From NCBI GenBank assembly GCA_964560005.1, contig CAZLKB010000001.1:77079-141078 (forward strand): a stretch of 64,000 nt of DNA, written 5' to 3'. This document shows, piece by piece, positions 6,710 to 13,999 of this stretch. A model generated the notes under the pieces. That model did no database searches, was not told the origin of the DNA, and was given only the letters and a program-made list of their open reading frames with translations. The stretch is from an uncultured Gammaproteobacteria bacterium (lineage in GTDB: Bacteria > Patescibacteriota > Patescibacteriia > Patescibacteriales > GWC2-42-12). The stretch's first letter is position 1, and every line of letters begins with the position of its first letter. The position numbers were made by a program, and so were the translations under genes.

Positions 6710-9085
6710 ATGAACGCAAATAATTACATAAAATTTTTTGAGGAAACCACGATTAAAGATGTACCTATAGTAGGCGGCAAAAATGCCTCCTTGGGGGAAA
6801 TGTACAAAAACATGACCGGCCAAGGCGTAAAGGTACCCAATGGCTTCGCCACCACGGCCGAAGCCTATAATTATTTATTAGAGCAAACCGACCTTAAACA
6901 AGGCATAAAAAATCTTTTAGCCGGCCTGAACACCCATAATGTCACCGACTTAGGCAAGCGCGGCGCGGCGGTTAGAAAATTAATCATCGCCACGCCTTTC
7001 CCAGAAGATTTAAGCCAGGCTATAGCCAAAAGCTACCGAGAACTATCCCAATTTTATAAAACCGAAAATTTGCATGTCGCGGTCCGCTCCAGCGCCACGG
7101 CCGAGGATCTACCCGACGCCAGCTTTGCCGGACAGCAGGAAACCTTTTTAAATATCTCGGGCGAAGCCGAACTTCTCTTGGCGGTAAAAAAATGCATCGC
7201 ATCCTTATTTACCAACCGCGCCATCTCTTACCGCGTAGATAAAGGCTTTGATCATTTTAAAATCGCCCTGTCCGTGGGCGTGCAGAAAATGGTTCGGTCC
7301 GACCTGGCGGCTTCGGGCGTAATCTTTACCATTGATACTGAATCGGGTTTTAATAATGTGGTCTTAGTCAGCTCAATTTACGGCTTGGGCGAAAATATCG
7401 TGCAGGGTAAAGTCGATCCGGATGAATTTTATGTCTTTAAACCAACCAAAACTATAATTTCCCATAGCATCAGCCGTAAAAATATCAAGATGGTTTACCA
7501 AAATAACCCTAAACGTCCGGTTAAAGACGTAAAAGTCCCGGCGACTGATCAAAAACGCCAATCCATCACCGACGCGCAGGTATTAAAACTGGCCGACTGG
7601 GCCATGAAAATTGAAAAACATTATGGCCGAGCCATGGATATAGAATGGGCATTGGACGGCAAAGAAAATGAATTATATATTATTCAGGCACGGCCGGAAA
7701 CCATCCATTCGGTGCGCGATTACAGCGTAATTGAAGAATATGTAATGCAAAAAAAAGGTAAAATTATCTCTACCGGCCGAAGCGTGGGCAACCGCATCGG
7801 CGCCGGAGTCGCCAATCGGATCATGGCCATTAAAGATATCGCTAAATTCAAGCCGGGCGAGGTCCTGGTTACCGATATGACTGATCCGGACTGGGAGCCG
7901 ATCATGAAAATTGCATCGGCTATCGTTACTGATAAGGGCGGGCGCACCTGCCACGCGGCCATAGTTTCCCGCGAACTCGGCATCCCTTGTATTGTGGGCA
8001 CTGAAAATATCTCTCGAAAAGTTAAAACTGGCCAGGCTATTACGGTAAGCTGCGCTGAAGGCGATATGGGCTTCGTTTATGAAGGAAAAATACCGTTTAA
8101 AATCAATAAAACCAGCATTAAGAATTTGGGCAAGCCAAAAACTAAAATCATGATGAACATCGGCTCGCCCGATATTGCCTTTTCTTCATCTTTTATCCCC
8201 AACGACGGCGTCGGTTTGGCGCGCGAAGAATTTATTATCAACGACCAGATTAAAATCCACCCCCTGGCGCTGATTAATTACGCCAAGTTAAAAGACAAAA
8301 AAGCTAAGAAAAAAATTGACGAGCTAACCGCCGGCTACAAAGACAAAAAACAATACTATATTGATAAGCTGGCCGAGGGTATGGCCATAATCGCGGCCGC
8401 CTTTTATCCTAAAGATGTGATTATCAGATTCTCCGACTTTAAAACCAATGAATACGCCAACCTGATCGGCGGCTCGGCTTTTGAACCGGTGGAATCCAAC
8501 CCCATGATCGGCTGGCGCGGAGCTTCGCGCTATTACGCGCCGGAATTCAAGCCGGCTTTTGAACTGGAATGTATCGCTATAAAAAAGGTTCGGGAGGATA
8601 TGAAGCTGACCAACCTAAAAGCCATGGTGCCTTTTTGCCGCACCATAAAAGAAGCCGAGCAGGTTATAAAAATCATCGCCGATAACGGCCTGAAGCAAGG
8701 CGAAAATGATTTTGAATTATATTGCATGGTGGAAATACCGTCTAATGTCATTTTAGCCGATGAATTCGCCGAGCTTTACGACGGTTTTTCCATCGGTTCC
8801 AACGACCTGACTCAGTTGACGCTCGGAGTTGACCGCGACAGCGCGCTGGTGAGTAAAGTCTATGATGAGAATAATTTGGCCGTAAAAAAATTAATCAAGC
8901 TGGCGATTAAAACCGCCAAAGCATCCGGCATAAAAATCGGTATCTGCGGCCAAGCGCCCTCCGATTTCCCCGAGTTTGCCCAATTTCTGGTTGAATGCGG
9001 CATTGACAGTATCTCCCTAAACCCGGATACGGTCATAAAAACCACTTTAGCCATTTTGGAAACGGAAAAGAAGCTGGGAAAGTAA
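6710..9085 (+). CDS. ppsA: Phosphoenolpyruvate synthase (pyruvate, water dikinase)
   Basis: 791 aa. VGGKNASLGEM, phosphohistidine region GGRTCHAAIVSRELGIPCIVG, and a C-terminal PEP-utilizing domain. Confidence 0.95.
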   Translation: MNANNYIKFFEETTIKDVPIVGGKNASLGEMYKNMTGQGVKVPNGFATTAEAYNYLLEQTDLKQGIKNLLAGLNTHNVTDLGKRGAAVRKLIIATPFPEDLSQAIAKSYRELSQFYKTENLHVAVRSSATAEDLPDASFAGQQETFLNISGEAELLLAVKKCIASLFTNRAISYRVDKGFDHFKIALSVGVQKMVRSDLAASGVIFTIDTESGFNNVVLVSSIYGLGENIVQGKVDPDEFYVFKPTKTIISHSISRKNIKMVYQNNPKRPVKDVKVPATDQKRQSITDAQVLKLADWAMKIEKHYGRAMDIEWALDGKENELYIIQARPETIHSVRDYSVIEEYVMQKKGKIISTGRSVGNRIGAGVANRIMAIKDIAKFKPGEVLVTDMTDPDWEPIMKIASAIVTDKGGRTCHAAIVSRELGIPCIVGTENISRKVKTGQAITVSCAEGDMGFVYEGKIPFKINKTSIKNLGKPKTKIMMNIGSPDIAFSSSFIPNDGVGLAREEFIINDQIKIHPLALINYAKLKDKKAKKKIDELTAGYKDKKQYYIDKLAEGMAIIAAAFYPKDVIIRFSDFKTNEYANLIGGSAFEPVESNPMIGWRGASRYYAPEFKPAFELECIAIKKVREDMKLTNLKAMVPFCRTIKEAEQVIKIIADNGLKQGENDFELYCMVEIPSNVILADEFAELYDGFSIGSNDLTQLTLGVDRDSALVSKVYDENNLAVKKLIKLAIKTAKASGIKIGICGQAPSDFPEFAQFLVECGIDSISLNPDTVIKTTLAILETEKKLGK

Positions 9086-9145
9086 AAAATAATCCTGCTT
9101 AATACAAAATTTTTCTTGGTTTATAAGTTTTTCTGTTCCCTCCTA

Positions 9146-9208
9146 GATTTCCGCTTTCGTCCGCCTCGGCTTCGTTTTAAGGCGAGACGAGCAGGAATGA
9201 CAAAAAAA
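9146..9208 (+). repeat. GC-rich hairpin repeat, long form (..GCAGGAATGACAAAAAAA)
   Basis: Same architecture as 31078-31132 and 497-567. Confidence 0.5.
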
Positions 9209-9307
9209 GTAGAAAGTTCTACCACGCAGAATTGTTTGGGAAATTGAAAATTTAATCATTGAAAATTGTTTAAAAATTAAAAATTATAAAATTAAAAATT
9301 TTTTGTA

Positions 9308-10201
9308 ATGTTTAACTTTCTCCATACTTTCCACCCCTCCCCAATCCTAGTTAGTCTCGGACCAATCCATGTTTATTGGTATGGTTTTTTTATTGTCCTA
9401 GGAGTCTTAGCCGCCTTAACTGTCGCCATATACCTGGCCAAGTTTTATCAAATCAAAACTGATACCATGATTGACTTAGCTCTTTGGCTAGTGATCGGCG
9501 GCATTTTAGGCGCGCGCCTCTACGACATTTTCTTAGAATGGCCATACTTTTCCTCTCATCCCTTGGATATTCTTAAAATCTGGCAAGGCGGACTGGCAAT
9601 CCACGGCGGTATTATCGGCGGCGCCATTTCTCTATGGTTATTTACCCTGTTAAATCCGACGAAGTCGGCACCAAGTGATTTAACTGGGTTTACTAAAAAA
9701 GATAATCACAATTTCTGGCGGCTAGCCACTATCGCGGTTACCGCCTTGCCTCTGGCCCAAGCTTTCGGCCGCTGGGGCAATTACTTTAACCAGGAGCTGT
9801 TCGGCCGGCCTACAAGTTTGCCTTGGGGCATACCAATTGATCAAATTCACCGTCCCTGGCAATATTTAAATTACGACTATTTCCATCCTGCTTTTCTCTA
9901 TGAATCCATGGGCAATCTGCTTATTTTCATAATTCTTATTTCATTGCAAGTCTGGTTCATAAAAAAACAAAAACTTCTTGATTCTAACTTCTTGATTCTA
10001 ACTTCTTACTTCTTACTCTATTCCCTGCTCCGTTTTTCCACGGAATTTCTCAGAATTGACGCTACTCCGACCGTCTTGGGCTGGCGCTGGCCGCAACTGG
10101 TCAGCTTGTTTATTATTATTTCATGCTTGGCATATTTGGCTGTAAAAATTGGACGGAAAATTAGCTCAAACTCCAGCTCAAACTCCACTCTTGATAAATA
10201 A
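9308..10201 (+). CDS. lgt: Prolipoprotein diacylglyceryl transferase
   Basis: 297 aa. Motifs YWYGFFIVLG, GARLY, WQGGLAIHGG and FGRWGNYFNQELFG. Confidence 0.9.
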   Translation: MFNFLHTFHPSPILVSLGPIHVYWYGFFIVLGVLAALTVAIYLAKFYQIKTDTMIDLALWLVIGGILGARLYDIFLEWPYFSSHPLDILKIWQGGLAIHGGIIGGAISLWLFTLLNPTKSAPSDLTGFTKKDNHNFWRLATIAVTALPLAQAFGRWGNYFNQELFGRPTSLPWGIPIDQIHRPWQYLNYDYFHPAFLYESMGNLLIFIILISLQVWFIKKQKLLDSNFLILTSYFLLYSLLRFSTEFLRIDATPTVLGWRWPQLVSLFIIISCLAYLAVKIGRKISSNSSSNSTLDK

Positions 10202-10272
10202 ACAAGTCTATGCTAATATAATTAAATCCTAATTAAATTTATTAAAAATTACAAAATTAAAAATTATATCCT

Positions 10273-10536
10273 ATGCCAAATGCCAGAGCAGCTAAAAAAG
10301 CGGTGCGTAAATCAACCAAACTCAGAGAACGCAACATAAAAGTTGAAAATCATTTGAAAGACTTGATAAAAAAAAGCTATCGACTGATTGAGTCTAAAGC
10401 GAAAGATGCTAAAGACTTGGTCGCTAAGACCTTAACCGCCCTGGATAAGGCGGCGAAACAAGGCGTGATTAAAAAGAATACGCGCGATCGAAAGAAATCA
10501 AGGTTGCAAAAAAAATATAATCAAGCCTTTAAATAA
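10273..10536 (+). CDS. rpsT: 30S ribosomal protein S20
   Basis: 87 aa, basic, starting MPNARAAKKAVRKS. Confidence 0.9.
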   Translation: MPNARAAKKAVRKSTKLRERNIKVENHLKDLIKKSYRLIESKAKDAKDLVAKTLTALDKAAKQGVIKKNTRDRKKSRLQKKYNQAFK

Positions 10537-10589
10537 ATACATTAAGATTTTGTTTGATATCGCTCTTTAGAACGAACTATAGTTTAAAC

Positions 10590-10632
10590 AAAAATCCAGC
10601 CTAAATTAAAAAATTGAAGCTGGATTTTTGTT
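10590..10632 (+). terminator. Rho-independent terminator
   Basis: AAATCCAGC..GCTGGATTT followed by TTTGTT. Confidence 0.6.
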
Positions 10633-10694
10633 ATAAAGAAGACATAATATGCATATGGCTGGCTGAAATTAAAAATTTCCTCTTTTAAAAAACT

Positions 10695-10841
10695 TACCGG
10701 TTAAGCTGCTAGTTTTAAGCGCATGCAAAATCGTAGCAATTTTTTTTCTTAAAATTATCATTAAATAATTAAAATGAGAAAATTTTAAGAAAAAAATGCC
10801 CAGATTTTGTCTAAGTGAAAAACTAGCATCTTAACCGGGTA
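10695..10841 (+). repeat. Structured element, type B, copy B1
   Basis: Unique arms TACCGGTTAAGCTGCTAG / CTAGCATCTTAACCGGGTA enclose the core TTTTAAGCGCATGCAAAATCG..CAGATTTTGTCTAAGTGAAAAA. Confidence 0.7.
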
Positions 10842-10851
10842 CCAACCCTAA

Positions 10852-11895
10852 TCACATCCTCGCCACCAGCAAATTCAGCCCGGTAAGATAATCGCCTCGG
10901 CCCGACTTAACCAGATAGTCAATCTTTACCAATTGGCTAAAAATATTTTTTAGAGTTGCCAAATTAAAATTATTAGCCTGCGCCAGGCCTTTTTGTAAAA
11001 CAAAAGGGTGTAACTTAAGCTGATTGGCAATCTGGCGCTGGCTTAAGCCTAAATCCACCGCCTGCCTGATAGAAAGTAGTATTCTAAATTGCCTGATAAA
11101 CATATTTAATAGATAATGGCCGTCTAAACCGGACTCAACCAACTCTTCTAACAATTTTATAGCCAAGGCTCTGTTTTTTACGCTGATCGCATCGGTTAAG
11201 GAAAAAATGTTGTCGCTGAAATTTCCCCGTACTAAATTTTTTATATCGGATATATCAATTTCCACCGGCGATTCGGTTAACTTAGCCGTTGCCTTAAAGC
11301 TAATTAATTTATCTAGCTCGTTGCTTATCTGCCAGCCGTCCGAGCCCACCAAGCCAACCAGTAATTCGGCCGCCTTAAGGCTGATTTTACCGCCGCGTGA
11401 AACCACTTCTTTCTTCACCCAACCGGCTAATTCAGTATTGCTTAATAAATTGAAACTGCGGTAAGAATATTTTTGTTCGGCCAAAAATTTTAATAACCCG
11501 GACTGAACTTTGTTCAGCGGCTTATCTCGTCCGTCGGCGTCTATTAAAAACGGCAAAAAAACATTTTTTACTTTCTTCTCCCTGATGTTTGATTCCCAAA
11601 AAATAATAATATTATCCCCGTCCTTCTGGTTTTTATTTTTTAAATAATCCGATAATCTTTCAAGAATTTTCGCGTCTTTGTTGGCGAAAATATCTTCAAT
11701 TATAATTAAGCGCTTTTTAGAAAGCAGCGAGGCCGGACTAATGGCTTCGGCGATCTGAGAGAAAGTCGACTTGGCGCCGGCTAAAACTTTTAGCCCGCTG
11801 CCTGATTTATCTATTTCCCTGAGGTATTTTTCCTTAAGCTCGTTTAATTTTAAGCGGCTTCTAAAATTATCCTCGCCGTAAAGCAATATAATCAT
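10852..11895 (-). CDS. holA: DNA polymerase III subunit delta
   Basis: 347 aa, HolA-like N-terminus MIILLYGEDNFRSRLKLNELKEKY. Confidence 0.7.
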   Translation of the reverse strand: MIILLYGEDNFRSRLKLNELKEKYLREIDKSGSGLKVLAGAKSTFSQIAEAISPASLLSKKRLIIIEDIFANKDAKILERLSDYLKNKNQKDGDNIIIFWESNIREKKVKNVFLPFLIDADGRDKPLNKVQSGLLKFLAEQKYSYRSFNLLSNTELAGWVKKEVVSRGGKISLKAAELLVGLVGSDGWQISNELDKLISFKATAKLTESPVEIDISDIKNLVRGNFSDNIFSLTDAISVKNRALAIKLLEELVESGLDGHYLLNMFIRQFRILLSIRQAVDLGLSQRQIANQLKLHPFVLQKGLAQANNFNLATLKNIFSQLVKIDYLVKSGRGDYLTGLNLLVARM

Positions 11896-11944
11896 AAATC
11901 TTGTTAAAATACTAAAATTTTGTTAAACTTAAATTAGTATAGGA

Positions 11945-12118
11945 GCCGGGTGAAGTAGTTCATTTTGAGAGGCTCCTCGGTGCTTCTCTCGATGCCGAAA
12001 CAGCTAAACTGGGGCGAAATTGTAGTAATTTTTTGGAATTATCCGATCTGTGTTTGTCGGATAATTCCAAAAAATACCCAAATTTCGTCTAAGCGAAAAA
12101 TAAACTACTTCACCCGGC
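11945..12118 (+). repeat. Structured element, type B, copy B2
   Basis: Arms GCCGGGTGAAGTAGTTCA / TAAACTACTTCACCCGGC. Core TTTTGAGAGGCTCC..internal hairpin GGAATTATCCGA..TCGGATAATTCC..AAATTTCGTCTAAGCGAAAAA. Confidence 0.7.
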
Positions 12119-12165
12119 GAAAATATCATCTGTAAATTAATCTAATAACTATCAAAGTTCCATCT

Positions 12166-12339
12166 ATGCAAACCACCCAATGCCCGATCTGCTCAAGCGA
12201 CATTATTATTGAAGAAGGATCGGCGGAAAAAGATCTGGTCACCTGCTTAAACTGCGGTGTGGAGTTGGAAATCGTCACCCTGCACCCCCTGCTCTTAGAA
12301 CCGCTGGAAGAATCAACTGACGAAAAAAATATTGAATAA
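12166..12339 (+). CDS. Small zinc-ribbon protein (LysW-like), 57 aa
   Basis: Below the track size cutoff. MQTTQCPICSSDIIIEEGSAEKDLVTCLNCGVELEIVTLHPLLLEPLEE.. has two CxxC pairs. A terminator follows. Confidence 0.5.
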   Translation: MQTTQCPICSSDIIIEEGSAEKDLVTCLNCGVELEIVTLHPLLLEPLEESTDEKNIE

Positions 12340-12372
12340 AACCTAAATTTATAACTTTTGACGGTAGCCCCT

Positions 12373-12404
12373 AACAAAGCCGTAATGGCTTTGTTTTATT
12401 TTTA
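12373..12404 (+). terminator. Rho-independent terminator
   Basis: AACAAAGCC-GTAAT-GGCTTTGTT followed by TTATTTTT. Confidence 0.55.
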
Positions 12405-12483
12405 CCCTGTTAAATACGATTTGAGCCTATTTTATTGATCTTAAAATATAAGTATAGTACATACAAGTTAAAAAAATTTAAAA

Positions 12484-13830
12484 TTATTTAACAGGGTGAA
12501 CCCTCCTAACTTCCCTTTTAAATAAATTGCCTCTTTCTTTATAATTCTTAAACATACCAAAGCTGGCGCAGGCTGTGGATAATAATACAATATCACCCCT
12601 ACTGGCATTTTCTTTAGCGGTCCTCACGGCATCAACGATATTATCCACTATCTTCATTCTGTCTTTCTTAAACCCAATTTTTAATAGATCTTTTTTTATC
12701 CTTGATGTTGAATCGCCAGCCAGCAAGACAACAAATTTAACTCTATTCACAACCTCTTTAGCCAATTCCTTAAAATCCGCCCCCTTATCGGCTCCGCCCA
12801 GGAATAAAACTATGGGTTGGGTAAACGATTTTAAAGCGATAATGGTTGACTCCGGCGTGGTGGCGAAGCTATCATCATAATATTCAACGCCGTTCAACTC
12901 GCGTACCAATTCCAAGCGATGAGGCAAACCTTTAAAATTAGCCACTGCCTTTTCTATAAACTCCTGTTTTACGCCGATAATTTTCGCCACCTCAATCGCC
13001 GCCGCGACATTTTCCTTATTATGCTCGCCTACCAATTTTGACGGTAATTCTGACTTTTTAAAATACACAATCTTGGCTTTTGTATTTAATTCGTAATCCC
13101 TAATTCCTAATTCATAATTCAAAACCGCCTTTTCTCCGCTCTTTTGGTATTTCACAATATTCATTTTCGCTCCTCGGTATTCTTTTAATGTCCTGTGGTA
13201 ATTCGGATTATTCGGATCGGCCGGCGCTAAATGTTCGGGGTACAAATTAGTGATCACCGCAATCCGCGGGCTCGCCGTCATATCCTCAAGCTGAAAAGAT
13301 GATAACTCTAAGACTACCCAGTCGCTTTTTTTAATTTTATCAATAAAGGCGAACGGCGCCACGCCAATATTACCACCCAGCCAAACTTTTTTGCCGGCTC
13401 GTTTCAATATTTCATAAATCAAACTCGCGGTCGTACCCTTGCCCTTGGTTCCGGTGACGCCGATAATATTTTTAGTCGGGCAAAGATCAAAAAACAATTT
13501 TATAGGACTGGATAATATTGTGCCAGCTTTGATGGTTTGTTTAACGCCCGGGCAATCCATCGGCCAACCCGGAGAACGAAACAAAATATCAAATTTTTCC
13601 AAGCCTTGGTTAAATTTTTTACCTAGCTGCCAAAGAATATATGTCTCTATCATTGCGGGCTCGACCCGCAATCCAGCATTTTCTGTTTTCATCTTCACGC
13701 CCGTTCGCGCGTCGCAAACCGTTATCTCGCATTTCACTTTGTGCTTTAATAAATATCTAACCAAGGCTTGATTCTCAATACCCAGCCCTAAAATTCCAAT
13801 TTTTTTATTATTTAAATTATATAAATTCAT
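12484..13830 (-). CDS. murD: UDP-N-acetylmuramoylalanine--D-glutamate ligase
   Basis: 448 aa. N-terminal Rossmann GILGLGIENQA and P-loop GVTGTKGKGTT, with Mur ligase middle and C-terminal domains. Confidence 0.9.
   Translation of the reverse strand: MNLYNLNNKKIGILGLGIENQALVRYLLKHKVKCEITVCDARTGVKMKTENAGLRVEPAMIETYILWQLGKKFNQGLEKFDILFRSPGWPMDCPGVKQTIKAGTILSSPIKLFFDLCPTKNIIGVTGTKGKGTTASLIYEILKRAGKKVWLGGNIGVAPFAFIDKIKKSDWVVLELSSFQLEDMTASPRIAVITNLYPEHLAPADPNNPNYHRTLKEYRGAKMNIVKYQKSGEKAVLNYELGIRDYELNTKAKIVYFKKSELPSKLVGEHNKENVAAAIEVAKIIGVKQEFIEKAVANFKGLPHRLELVRELNGVEYYDDSFATTPESTIIALKSFTQPIVLFLGGADKGADFKELAKEVVNRVKFVVLLAGDSTSRIKKDLLKIGFKKDRMKIVDNIVDAVRTAKENASRGDIVLLSTACASFGMFKNYKERGNLFKREVRRVHPVK
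13646..13676 (-). repeat. GC-rich hairpin repeat copy inside the murD ORF (in frame)
   Basis: Sense strand GGATTGCGGGTCGAGCCCGCAATGATAG encodes GLRVEPAMI. It is near-identical to the intergenic copy at 29804-29829. Confidence 0.65.
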
Positions 13831-13851
13831 AAATTAAAATTTAGCAGTTAG

Positions 13852-13999
13852 CTAAAACTAATTATTTTTGAAGTGAGGACTGTTCGAGCCACCGCCAGTT
13901 CATAATATTCACACCAAAACAAAGCGTAAAAAGGGATAAATAATCTTTAAATAGCTTTCTGAAAGCGAGTGCCGCAACGAGAAAATAATTAGTTTTAGT
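13852..13999 (+). repeat. Structured element, type A, copy A1
   Basis: Arms CTAAAACTAATTATT / AATAATTAGTTTTAG. Core TTTGAAGTGAGGACTGTTCGAGCCACCGCC..GCGAGTGCCGCAACGAGAAAA. The right arm covers the polA stop codon. Confidence 0.7.

Noticed and set aside
12126-12377. An 83-aa minus-strand track ORF.
   Set aside because: It has no motif or start context, and it is antisense to a better-supported 57-aa zinc-ribbon ORF (12166-12339) that has its own terminator.
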